A stretch of DNA of 64,000 nucleotides, taken from the IMG/VR virus record IMGVR_UViG_3300037297_000328; one strand, given 5' to 3'. This stretch comes from an uncultured virus (IMG/VR IMGVR_UViG_3300037297_000328). Its lineage: Duplodnaviria; Heunggongvirae; Uroviricota; Caudoviricetes. Shown here piece after piece: positions 10,322-19,072 of this stretch (its first letter is position 1; every line of letters starts with the position of its first letter). A model generated the notes under the pieces. That model saw only the letters and a list, made by a program, of their open reading frames with translations. It was not told the origin of the DNA and searched no databases. Position numbers and translations under genes: made by a program.

Positions 10322-10542
10322 TTTAATTCTTTTGAAACTTTGGCCATATTTTCAGAAATTACGATGTAGTTATCCTCTAGTTCTTTGCATGTTTCAGCAA
10401 AATCTTTAATGTCATTCTCTAATTGTCTTTCCTTTTCATAAAGTTCCTCATTTTGTGTGAAAAACTCTCCTAAGATTTTCTTTTTTTCTTTAAGAATGCT
10501 TCTATCTAGCATTTTGTTGACAAATTCCTTTTCGTTTTTCAT
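10318..10542 (-). CDS. small coiled-coil protein
   Basis: 74 aa, coupled to downstream gene. Confidence 0.55.
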   Translation of the reverse strand: MKNEKEFVNKMLDRSILKEKKKILGEFFTQNEELYEKERQLENDIKDFAETCKELEDNYIVISENMAKVSKELK

Positions 10543-10561
10543 GGTAAATATGAGTTAATTA

Positions 10562-10750
10562 TTAATAATCCTTATGTCCACACCAATCACAAAACCACCC
10601 CTTAGAATCCCTACTCATTGGCGCTTCACATTCCGGGCAAAATTCAATTTTAATAAAGTCCTCTAGTTCCTCCCTTTTTTCTTTAGAAATATTCTTAGAA
10701 TCTTTGGCAATTTTTTTTGCCTCTTTCTTTACTTCTTTAGGCACTTTCAT
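10562..10750 (-). CDS. small zinc-ribbon protein
   Basis: CPEC...CDWCG. Confidence 0.65.
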   Translation of the reverse strand: MKVPKEVKKEAKKIAKDSKNISKEKREELEDFIKIEFCPECEAPMSRDSKGWFCDWCGHKDY

Positions 10751-11058
10751 AGTTTCTTGAATTTATTTTTAAGTTTTAAGTACTTGCTGTTTTTTCCAGC
10801 AAATACCACGGTGGTAGGTATTTCCTCATGGCCTGCATTTTTTGCAGCAATAATCCTATGATTGCCTTGGATCAAAAGGCCTTTACCTTCATGAACTACC
10901 AACTCAACAGGTTTCTTAATTTCACCACCTGCCTTTAGCTCATCTTCTATTTTCTTAATAGTGTAGTCCGAACTATCAAGAAATCCTTCAAATTTTTGTT
11001 TAGGGTCTTCACGGTCAAATTCCCGTAATCCCCATAACCAACTAATTTTTAATTTCAT
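10747..11058 (-). CDS. ParB/Srx-like domain protein
   Basis: IKKPVELV...LLIQGNHRIIAAKNAG.EEIP. Confidence 0.8.
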   Translation of the reverse strand: MKLKISWLWGLREFDREDPKQKFEGFLDSSDYTIKKIEDELKAGGEIKKPVELVVHEGKGLLIQGNHRIIAAKNAGHEEIPTTVVFAGKNSKYLKLKNKFKKL

Positions 11059-11379
11059 TTGCTAATTTTTAAATAGTTTAAAATTCTCTTAAAGTCTTAC
11101 CTGCACACAGCGTATGTTTTTGTATGAGCGGGTATGCATTTGTCAAGTGTTCAAAATTTTTAAAAGCTTCGTCAAACGAGCAATCAAGAGGTATATAATT
11201 TTCATATGTAAAAAGCTCATTGTCGGTTTCAAAACAGTATTGATTTTTACTTTCAAAGGCTATTATTTGCCCATATTCTAATTCTGCTATTTTCATCTTG
11301 AGAATTTTTAAATTTTTAATAGTTTTCACCCCAAAACCCCACGCCGTTGCTGGCAGTGGGGCGAAGTCCGCAAGAATTG

Positions 11380-11730
11380 TTATTTTATTTCTGGTAAATT
11401 TAATTCTATTTTTACCTTTTTTAGGCTTTTTAACCACATGCTAGCCCTTTTATAATCTTCGAGTTGTCGGCTATCAATCGTAACTGTTGATTGCCCTTTA
11501 GGTCTTTCATGTCCATCAAATGCACACATATGGCTTGCAATATGTTCCATGTAATTTAGTAAATTATAAGGCTCTTTTGATTCTAATTTATCTCTCTCTG
11601 TCCATCGGCAGTCTATTATTTCCTTTTTCAAATGGTCAATTATAAATCTTGAATCAAAATAATCATGGCCTTTTAGTGTTAATTCTACTTGTGTTATTTC
11701 CTTTTTTTCTTTTTTTTCCATTTTTGCCAA
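11380..11730 (-). CDS. hypothetical protein
   Basis: 116 aa ORF. Confidence 0.55.
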   Translation of the reverse strand: MAKMEKKEKKEITQVELTLKGHDYFDSRFIIDHLKKEIIDCRWTERDKLESKEPYNLLNYMEHIASHMCAFDGHERPKGQSTVTIDSRQLEDYKRASMWLKSLKKVKIELNLPEIK

Positions 11731-11813
11731 TTTTTAAGTTATTACTACTACCAAAGCCCGGAGACTGTTTCAACCCCGGGCGAAGTCCCGCAAGAATTAG
11801 CGAACCTAGCGGG

Positions 11814-12038
11814 TTAAAATTCTACAAAAATTATTTTTTCATCTGTATCTTTATCAGAAACTGTCATATAAGTTGAACCAAACTCAATTTTAAACCAATT
11901 AAAACCCATTAAAGATTTTTTTAGAAACGCCATATTTGTTCTAAGTTCAGCATTATTTTCTGAATCGATAATTTCATTTAGTATCATCTGGAATTCAGTA
12001 GTGTGGATGTTGAGTGTACTTTCTACTATTGCTTTCAT
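11814..12038 (-). CDS. hypothetical protein
   Basis: 74 aa, preceded by AAAAATTAGC motif. Confidence 0.55.
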   Translation of the reverse strand: MKAIVESTLNIHTTEFQMILNEIIDSENNAELRTNMAFLKKSLMGFNWFKIEFGSTYMTVSDKDTDEKIIFVEF

Positions 12039-12060
12039 GTCGCTAATTTTTTGTTATTAA

Positions 12061-12264
12061 TTATAAATTTTTAACAGTGGTAAAATTAACACTATCATAA
12101 TCAAACCCGTCGAAGTCAAGTTCTAATTTTTCACGTATAAAATCTAATACCTTGTCATTGCAAAAATCTTCTATTTCTGCATCCGTTTTACCTATTTGCA
12201 GCCATACAGGAAGTTCAAAGTCTTCTAGTAGGTCTATATCAAAAGATATTGTTATTCTTTTCAT
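12061..12264 (-). CDS. small acidic protein
   Basis: 67 aa, coupled to upstream gene. Confidence 0.5.
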   Translation of the reverse strand: MKRITISFDIDLLEDFELPVWLQIGKTDAEIEDFCNDKVLDFIREKLELDFDGFDYDSVNFTTVKNL

Positions 12265-12455
12265 TTATATTGCTTTAAAAATATAACGTCTTCTGGTTCC
12301 GCATATGTAACACCCCCATCATGACATATAATGTCTACTTGAGAGTGTTGTTTTGGGTGGTATATACCGTATCCATAAGCATAACCTTCGCCCCATTTAT
12401 ATTTTAGTTCATAAATTCTACCTTCTTGAACTTTTTTACCAGATTTAGTTTTCAT
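12261..12455 (-). CDS. hypothetical protein
   Basis: 64 aa ORF. Confidence 0.5.
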   Translation of the reverse strand: MKTKSGKKVQEGRIYELKYKWGEGYAYGYGIYHPKQHSQVDIICHDGGVTYAEPEDVIFLKQYK

Positions 12456-12608
12456 TTCCGTAATACTCCCCCTTTATAATTTGCCAACTATCTCTATAAT
12501 TCTTGCCTTTAAGGTTATACACCCCGTCTTCTTTAGGTGCATTTTTCTTTGCCTCTAAAATACTCTCGTATTCACCTACGAGTTTAAATCCTTTATATAG
12601 TTTGTATT

Positions 12609-13124
12609 TCATATCGCTAATTTTTTGTTATTAGTAAATCTCATTTTCTTTAATTTCTCTTTGGCTTTTTTGCTTTTATCTGAAATCATTGAAACAAATA
12701 AACTTTTTACACTCGAAAACAGTTCTTTTTCTAGGGTAAGCATAATTCTATCTTTATCTCTTTCAAGATATACCCTATCTAGGGCTGATTTATTTTGTAA
12801 AAATTTGTCAAAATCTGGCTTTATGTCATATTTCTTAATAAATTTTACAACATATTTATTAAGGAGTGCACCAGTTAAAGAGTGACCAATTTTTTCGCCT
12901 CCCATATTGTAAAAATCGTCTTTTGCGTTTTTTACAGGAATATTAAAATCACTTTTATAATAAGTATTAAACCATCTTCTTACTTTGAAGATATGGTATT
13001 TTTCTGAATAAAACACTTTGGCTTTACCAAGTTCGGTTCCAAAGCTGTATTCGCCGATTTCCGTGAATAATTTTGGAAATTCACCTTTATAACTTTCTAA
13101 TATTTTACTTAATTTATTTTCCAT
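12609..13124 (-). CDS. hypothetical protein
   Basis: 171 aa, preceded by AAAAATTAGC motif. Confidence 0.6.
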   Translation of the reverse strand: MENKLSKILESYKGEFPKLFTEIGEYSFGTELGKAKVFYSEKYHIFKVRRWFNTYYKSDFNIPVKNAKDDFYNMGGEKIGHSLTGALLNKYVVKFIKKYDIKPDFDKFLQNKSALDRVYLERDKDRIMLTLEKELFSSVKSLFVSMISDKSKKAKEKLKKMRFTNNKKLAI

Positions 13125-13159
13125 CTTGCTAATTTTTAAATTACTATCTAATTATTTAG

Positions 13160-13232
13160 CCCCACCAGGTCGAATCGAACGACCCCACGCTTTGTAACGT
13201 GCCCAGCATCGCTTTTCCTTAGAGTGGTGGAG
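13160..13232 (-). ncRNA. tRNA-like structure (non-canonical)
   Basis: Acceptor-like stem CTCCACCA/TGGTGGGG and T-arm GGTCG-TTCGATT-CGACC; D and anticodon arms are atypical. Confidence 0.4.
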
Positions 13233-13504
13233 TATATTTTAATGATTATCACAGATCCAATTAATCTTGCTCTCTTCCTTTTCAACTTTTTCATAATCTT
13301 CATTATTAAAATGAATTTCATCAAGAACTTCTTTTGTTTTCAATATATTTTTTTGAGCTCTTTTTAATAATATTATTGCTGCATTCATTTTTGCTAATTT
13401 TCTGATGATTTCTCCAGCAAAGTAAAGCATAAAATATGGAACAGCCAAATAAAAAGTGTTAAAAATTGTGAATAACCAAATAAAAGGATGTAAATAGTTG
13501 ATGG

Positions 13505-13741
13505 TCAGTGCGAAAAAATTGAGCCAATTCCATGAATAATTAAAAAAATAAATATTGCCAATAGAAAAATACCTGCCCAATGAAAGGGTGTAAAATCTTG
13601 TATCCCTTGTTTTTGTTGCTCTTTCTGTATTTTTCTATAACCTCTCAGTTCTTCTTCAAGCTTTATTACTTTATCTTCAAGTTTAATTGCTTTACTTTCA
13701 AGATAAGCAACATAATCTCTATTCCTTGAGGAGTTTGTCAT
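13505..13741 (-). CDS. small coiled-coil protein with C-terminal TM
   Basis: WAGIFLLAIFIFLIIHGIG. Confidence 0.55.
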   Translation of the reverse strand: MTNSSRNRDYVAYLESKAIKLEDKVIKLEEELRGYRKIQKEQQKQGIQDFTPFHWAGIFLLAIFIFLIIHGIGSIFSH

Positions 13742-14438
13742 ATTCTAGTATTGTAGCAATTAACATTTTAATAGTCGTGCGCTTAAATTTGCCGGGGTAT
13801 TTATTTTCAAGCATCCTTGCAAAGCGATTGATGCCATATGTCTCGAGTATTTTAACATCAACCGGTCGTCCAAATCTTTTGCGAAGCTCTTTGTAGATAT
13901 ATATTTTATCTTTTGGCAGGTCCAGTTCTTTAATGTCTGACCGGTCAAAATTTGTCAATGCATAGGTCGACCTGGTAGTCTGTGCTTTTTGCTTCTGTTG
14001 CAATGTCTGATTGTGATTGCTGCTTTCTGGATGGTTTTTATCATTTTTTTGACCGGTCAAAGGATTTTTTTTTGACTGGTCAAAAGCTGTTGCAGCCCAT
14101 GATTGTAATTCCTGTTTTTTTTTGAAGTTATAGGTCGACTTAGGTGTCTGGAGGTTTTGACCGGTCAAAGTGTTTTTTTTTTCAATAATTAACTGTTCTG
14201 TATCTTCTGGGAGTACAATACGTCCTTTTTCAATAAAATCGTTAATCATGACAAAAAAATCATCATATGTTTGTATAATGATTGGATTTGTACTATTTAT
14301 TTGAGATAAAATCTCATCCAGTCGTATAAAATCGTCAATAACGCTGTGCAAGTCGATCTCATTAGATGGAATAGCTTCCTTAATTATAGGCAGCAGTTGT
14401 TCTTTATTTTCTTTTTTTAGTTCTATCATGCAATCCAT
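13719..14438 (-). CDS. hypothetical protein containing palindromic DNA repeats
   Basis: 239 aa; TGAC(C/T)GGTCA four times. Confidence 0.6.
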   Translation of the reverse strand: MDCMIELKKENKEQLLPIIKEAIPSNEIDLHSVIDDFIRLDEILSQINSTNPIIIQTYDDFFVMINDFIEKGRIVLPEDTEQLIIEKKNTLTGQNLQTPKSTYNFKKKQELQSWAATAFDQSKKNPLTGQKNDKNHPESSNHNQTLQQKQKAQTTRSTYALTNFDRSDIKELDLPKDKIYIYKELRKRFGRPVDVKILETYGINRFARMLENKYPGKFKRTTIKMLIATILEYDKLLKE

Positions 14439-14665
14439 TTTTCAACATACTCATTTACTTTCTTTATAATTTCTTCTTGTTGCTCTTCGCTTAATTTATC
14501 ATAAATATCCGAGTGGATATAGCAACAACCTGTTTCCTCAGGAGCTAATTTATTATTGTAAACGTATGAAGCCATCCGTAAATCGGTACCATCATCTAAT
14601 TTAACAATAGTGGTGTATTGCTCTTCAACTTTTATATATTCCGAATCTGTTTTTATTATCTTCAT
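14426..14665 (-). CDS. hypothetical protein
   Basis: 79 aa ORF. Confidence 0.5.
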   Translation of the reverse strand: MKIIKTDSEYIKVEEQYTTIVKLDDGTDLRMASYVYNNKLAPEETGCCYIHSDIYDKLSEEQQEEIIKKVNEYVEKWIA

Positions 14666-14762
14666 TACTCATCGTATTTATTAAATTTTAATCTAAGCAT
14701 TGTCATCTTCATTCGCATTGCAATAGCCAGGGCTTCGGCCTCAGCTTCCAAATCATCCGTAT

Positions 14763-15842
14763 TTATTTTTTTTTTTCAATCACCCTTTCGTCAAATTCGG
14801 ATACTTCATCGGTCCATGTTCCTGATGAGTTTTCATGTGCTTTATCGGCTTCGGCCAATTGCTTATCCAAGCCTTTATTCCTTAGTTCGCTTTCTTTTGC
14901 TAATCGTTCTTTGCGTGTGCGCCTTGCAATTTCTTTTTCCTGTTTTTCGGCGTAAAAATCTTCCAGTGCCTCAATTTCTTCCACGTCCTTTTCAAGATCG
15001 TGGTAATATTGGCCTATAAAATTATAGGAAAACATTAAACCTGCTACTGCAATAATACCTGCAAAAAAGAAAATAATCATATATATCCATTCTTTTTTTC
15101 CGGCATGACTAATCCGATCCTTCATCAGGCTATCACCGGCATGACGAATTTCATTAATATCATCCCTTACCATGCTATTTTGAGTAATTAATTTTTCATT
15201 TTGAGCTTGCAGTTCCTTATTTCTTGCCTGGTAGCTGATTATTTGGGCATTCCCTTTTTTTGTGGCTGCAATGCCCTTTAATCCATCAATAAGCGTGTTG
15301 TTTTCGCGTATTATTTTATTATTGGCTTCAATTGTGGCGTTATTTTGTTTTAGTATTACTTTGTAGTCATGGATATCTTCTTTTTTTTCGGTCCTGGTCT
15401 GGGTTATCGCATTTTCCTTGCCATTATCAGTAATGTCTATTGCATTTACCCCGGATAATGCACTCAAAACAATACTAATTATTGCCAGGGTGTATGCAAT
15501 TCTTTTTTGCGATCTATTATTTTGGTTATGGCTATGCTTTCTAATATAGTAACTCATCAAACTATAAGCCAGGCCTATTTCTAATAATATCAGAATAATG
15601 AGTATGATTATATTACGGATGTAATCAATTGAAATATAACTATGCTGAAATAGTTCAATTAAGGTAGGCACATACAATATGAATGAGAGGAAGGAAAATG
15701 CAAACCTTAAAAAGTTGTAATGCAAATGATAACCTGTAAGGTGTAATTCAGCATTTGCTTTTTTTCTTATATTGTCTTCAGCAATAGGGTAAAGGTATTT
15801 CAATTTCTTTTCCCTTTGGTGTATTTTTTTTTCAATACTCAT
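14763..15842 (-). CDS. multi-pass membrane protein with long coiled coil
   Basis: Three N-terminal TMs, heptad region, fourth TM. Confidence 0.75.
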   Translation of the reverse strand: MSIEKKIHQREKKLKYLYPIAEDNIRKKANAELHLTGYHLHYNFLRFAFSFLSFILYVPTLIELFQHSYISIDYIRNIIILIILILLEIGLAYSLMSYYIRKHSHNQNNRSQKRIAYTLAIISIVLSALSGVNAIDITDNGKENAITQTRTEKKEDIHDYKVILKQNNATIEANNKIIRENNTLIDGLKGIAATKKGNAQIISYQARNKELQAQNEKLITQNSMVRDDINEIRHAGDSLMKDRISHAGKKEWIYMIIFFFAGIIAVAGLMFSYNFIGQYYHDLEKDVEEIEALEDFYAEKQEKEIARRTRKERLAKESELRNKGLDKQLAEADKAHENSSGTWTDEVSEFDERVIEKKK

Positions 15843-16048
15843 TTCTTTAATTTTTTCTCAATATGTTTTTTTATTGACTTCAATGTCTTCCCCCTTGCAG
15901 TAACTACTGTTACTTTTACTTTATTTTCACCATCTGGCAACTGCATACTAATAAAAGACTCGATGCCATAATTAACATGCAGTTGCTTTATTTTTTGATG
16001 AAAATCTTCCATCATAATGTTAAAATCTTTTTTTTCATTTCATGATTT

Positions 16049-16264
16049 TTACATAGCTTTATCCTCTCTGTTCGCACGAACACTAATAAGTATAATGATT
16101 ACCAACACCAATCCTATTAATACAAATGCTGCATTAATATTGTACTCCAAGGTATTAACTTTAGCTGCGGTGATGGTCTGAGGAAGGGGTTCCCTTTTTA
16201 TTGTCATTGCATCGCAGCTAAATAATGCGATGGATAAAATAATTGCTACTAAAAAAATTCTCAT
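16049..16264 (-). CDS. small lipoprotein-like membrane protein
   Basis: Lipobox-like LFSC plus C-terminal TM. Confidence 0.5.
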   Translation of the reverse strand: MRIFLVAIILSIALFSCDAMTIKREPLPQTITAAKVNTLEYNINAAFVLIGLVLVIIILISVRANREDKAM

Positions 16265-16301
16265 AATGCACTGTTTAATTTGTAAAAATATCTTGTCAGT
16301 G

Positions 16302-16381
16302 CAAATATATGAAAAAACATATTACATGCAATAAAAAAACTATGAAAAATAATATTTATTTTAAAAAATGTTTTATATTTG
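16302..16381. promoter_or_regulatory. divergent Bacteroidota-type promoters
   Basis: TATATTTG at 16374-16381 (+) and 16309-16302 (-), matching the TAnnTTTG -7 consensus at the strand switch. Confidence 0.65.
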
Positions 16382-16604
16382 CGTCATGAGTACAGCAAGA
16401 AACATTTTAAAAAACATTGAGCGGATAGCCATCAGGAAGAAGAAAAACCTTAATGATATTCTTAATGAGGCTGGTATTCCTTACCAGACATTTGTATGTA
16501 ATAGAAAAAAAGAAAAATTCACTACGGAACATATTGATAAGTTCTGTAAGGCATTACAAATAAAACCGGAGATATTAGTGAAAGAAATAAAAAATAGGTT
16601 TTAA
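16368..16604 (+). CDS. Cro/XRE-like HTH protein
   Basis: LNDILNEAGIPYQTF...IDKFCKALQIKPEIL; true start probably 16386. Confidence 0.7.
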   Translation: MFYICVMSTARNILKNIERIAIRKKKNLNDILNEAGIPYQTFVCNRKKEKFTTEHIDKFCKALQIKPEILVKEIKNRF

Positions 16605-16615
16605 AGAAATTCGTT

Positions 16616-17314
16616 ATGTTTTCATATTACGGAAGTAAAAGTAAAGTAGTTGATTATTACCCACCTCCGAAATTTAATAAGATTATTGAACCTTTTGCAG
16701 GGAGTGCAAGATATTCATTGAAGTATTTTAAAAATGAAGTTACTTTAATTGATAAAAACGAAATAATCATAGGTGTTTGGAATTATCTTAAGTCCTGTTC
16801 TTTTAATGATATTATGAGTTTACCGACACTAGAAATTGGCGATAGTATTGAACATATAAATTTTGATTGCCTAGAGCAAAAGTGGCTTATGGGGTTTTTA
16901 ATTTCAAATGGCGCAATAGTTCCTTCTAAAACGATGTCAAAATGGGGTTTTAAAGTGTTCCAAAAACAACGAAATGATATTGCCTGTAATTTATTTAAGA
17001 TTAAACACTGGAATATAAAGAAAGGAGATTATTCTGAAATTAAAAATGAAAGGGCTACTTGGTTTATTGATCCTCCCTATTTTGTTGGAGGGCATAAATA
17101 TAAATTTGGGAGTCAAAAGATTGATTATAAACACTTATCTAATTGGTGCAAGAATAGAAATGGCCAAATAATAGTTTGTGAAAATACAAATGCTTCATGG
17201 ATGGAATTTAAGCCAATTAAAAGGCAAAGAGGAGTTAAAAAAACTACAACCGAAGCAATTTGGAGCAATCATAAAACAAATTATGATGCTGTGCAACAAA
17301 CTTTGCCATTTTAA
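16616..17314 (+). CDS. Dam-like (D12 class) DNA adenine methyltransferase
   Basis: YYGSK, EPFAGS, FIDPPY. Confidence 0.9.
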   Translation: MFSYYGSKSKVVDYYPPPKFNKIIEPFAGSARYSLKYFKNEVTLIDKNEIIIGVWNYLKSCSFNDIMSLPTLEIGDSIEHINFDCLEQKWLMGFLISNGAIVPSKTMSKWGFKVFQKQRNDIACNLFKIKHWNIKKGDYSEIKNERATWFIDPPYFVGGHKYKFGSQKIDYKHLSNWCKNRNGQIIVCENTNASWMEFKPIKRQRGVKKTTTEAIWSNHKTNYDAVQQTLPF

Positions 17315-17435
17315 AAAATAAATTTGCATTAAGTTTGCATGGTATTAAATTAATGCTTAATTTTACTGTTCAGTTACAGGTTAATGTAAATTTTAAAGTG
17401 ATGAGTTTTAAGTAGTTTTAGATTATTGAAAGATA

Positions 17436-17459
17436 AAAGCCCCAAACGGGGCTTTTTTT
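17436..17459 (+). terminator. intrinsic terminator
   Basis: aaaagcccc-aaac-ggggcttttttt. Confidence 0.75.
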
Positions 17460-17543
17460 ATTCTATTCCATAAAAAAAATATTAAAAAGAATTTGGAATT
17501 GTCAGAAATATCCTGTTACTTTGTTAACCTCAATTAATAAGAT

Positions 17544-17801
17544 ATGGAATATTTAGCAGGAAAATACATTTTAGAAGGAATAGAAAAAGGCGATGTGAAA
17601 TATATTGCGGAATCTGTAATAAATATTAATACAGGTAATTACTATGGATATAATTTTACCCGCCGTGTTTTGCAAGGAGAAATTAAGGGTGCAGAACTAA
17701 GGAAAAATCATCCTATAATTTTATTTGCGAAAAAATACCTGAAAATGAAAAAGAAATTAAGGGAACAGGCTAAAGCGATGTATTATGAACAGCAACAATA
17801 A
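17544..17801 (+). CDS. hypothetical protein
   Basis: 85 aa ORF. Confidence 0.55.
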   Translation: MEYLAGKYILEGIEKGDVKYIAESVININTGNYYGYNFTRRVLQGEIKGAELRKNHPIILFAKKYLKMKKKLREQAKAMYYEQQQ

Positions 17802-17942
17802 AAAAAAAGGGCGACCGGTTAAGATGCCCTTTAGCTTTTAAAACAGTGCAAATTCAGGGGGATTTGTAGTAGGGAAATTAACGCCCCTGTTGCATTGGCA
17901 AAGATAAAAAAAGTTTTTTAATAAAAAAAATAATATTGTCAA

Positions 17943-18105
17943 ATGAGTAAAATACCTTGGACAGAAAAAACCTGGAACCCAATTATAGGATGCAAATGTG
18001 CCATTTTTCTTTAAGCAGTGGGGTGAAATTAAATTTTTTGAAGTGGGAGCAGAACCAGATATTCACTACTCTTCAAAAGAAATTGATACGCTCGATAGCA
18101 ATTAA
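17943..18105 (+). pseudogene. internally deleted Gp37/Gp68 (DUF5131) gene
   Basis: N-terminus MSKIPWTEKTWNPIIGC joined out of frame to C-terminus ANVPFFFKQWG. Confidence 0.8.
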
Positions 18106-18236
18106 TGCTAACGGTACTTGTGTAAATTTCAGTGCCATTATAGCCGATAAACTAATTTAAAAGTAAAATATTATGAATAAGCAAATAATTATCAAAAAGT
18201 ATGAAGGCAAGGCATTGAATTTACATAATGTTAGTT
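18106..18236 (-). repeat. attC-like site A1
   Basis: tgctAAC ggtacttg TGTAAATTTCAGTGCC...GGCATTGAATTTACA taat GTTagtt. Confidence 0.8.
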
Positions 18237-18487
18237 GCCGTAAATTTCAAGGTGAATTAATTGGAAGAAAAGATATTGACGGAACACCAATTAAAGAAGG
18301 TGATATTGTCAAAGTATATGATAAAATTGAGTGGGGTGGAATTGTTACATATAACGAAAAAGCCTGTGGTTTTTGTTTTGATGAAGAAGATATTGGTGAA
18401 TATTCTTTTGCGTGGGGTTGGGGTGAATCTCAGGAATCACATCCTGAAGAAAGTTGGAAAGTTGTTGGCTCTATTTATGGCAACTAA
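18173..18487 (+). CDS. YopX-like protein (cassette gene)
   Basis: IGRKDIDGTPIKEGDIV...KVVGSIY; start inside A1, stop in TAAC core. Confidence 0.75.
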   Translation: MNKQIIIKKYEGKALNLHNVSCRKFQGELIGRKDIDGTPIKEGDIVKVYDKIEWGGIVTYNEKACGFCFDEEDIGEYSFAWGWGESQESHPEESWKVVGSIYGN

Positions 18488-18599
18488 CATCGAGTATAAC
18501 AAACGTTTAAAACTGACTTAGAATTGAAAAATAGAATTAAATAATAACCACTTACCAAGCAACAACGAACTGATAAATGTTTGTTATATATTGTTAGGC
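18482..18599 (-). repeat. attC-like site A2
   Basis: aactAAC atcgag TATAACAAACGTTT...AAATGTTTGTTATA tatt GTTaggc. Confidence 0.8.
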
Positions 18600-18632
18600 T
18601 TTCGTTTTGTGCGGTGGGATAAAACTAAGATT

Positions 18633-18944
18633 ATGGATGTAGCAGAATTTATTACAAAAAAAATTAAAATACATTCTAAATGTCCTGAATGTAAAAAAAG
18701 AAAATTAGTAGAAGTGCATAGTACAAGTATTGATGCTTTTTATGATGAAAAAGGAAACATTAAAGACACCGTATGGTTCTTTCTAAATATTGATATTGTA
18801 TGTAAAAACAAAAAATGTAAATATAGAAGGTGTTTGGCAAGTGATAATGCTGGTAGTGAAAGTATAAAAGAAATAATGAAAAGTAAATATAAAGATACTA
18901 ATACTGGTATAATGCTTAGACGTGCGTTGGCAAATGAAGCCTAA
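18633..18944 (+). CDS. Cys-rich cassette protein
   Basis: CPEC...CKNKKC; stop in TAAC core. Confidence 0.6.
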   Translation: MDVAEFITKKIKIHSKCPECKKRKLVEVHSTSIDAFYDEKGNIKDTVWFFLNIDIVCKNKKCKYRRCLASDNAGSESIKEIMKSKYKDTNTGIMLRRALANEA

Positions 18945-18998
18945 CGGTACTTGTGTAAATTTCAGTGCCATTATAGCCGATAAACTAATTTAAAAGTA
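18941..18998. repeat. 58-bp exact copy of 18108-18165 (truncated attC-like site)
   Basis: ctaacggtacttgtgtaaatttcagtgccattatagccgataaactaatttaaaagta occurs twice. Confidence 0.9.
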
Positions 18999-19072
18999 TG
19001 GATGATAAAGGTAGGTAAAAAAGAAGCAGGAAGGATGCTTGACGATAAAATATATAACGAATATCCAAATTT

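Noticed and set aside
13160..13232. Functional canonical tRNA
   Set aside because: No 7-nt anticodon loop or proper D arm; kept only as tRNA-like.
17957..18160. 67-aa ORF in the track
   Set aside because: Off-frame read through the DUF5131 remnant and attC A1.
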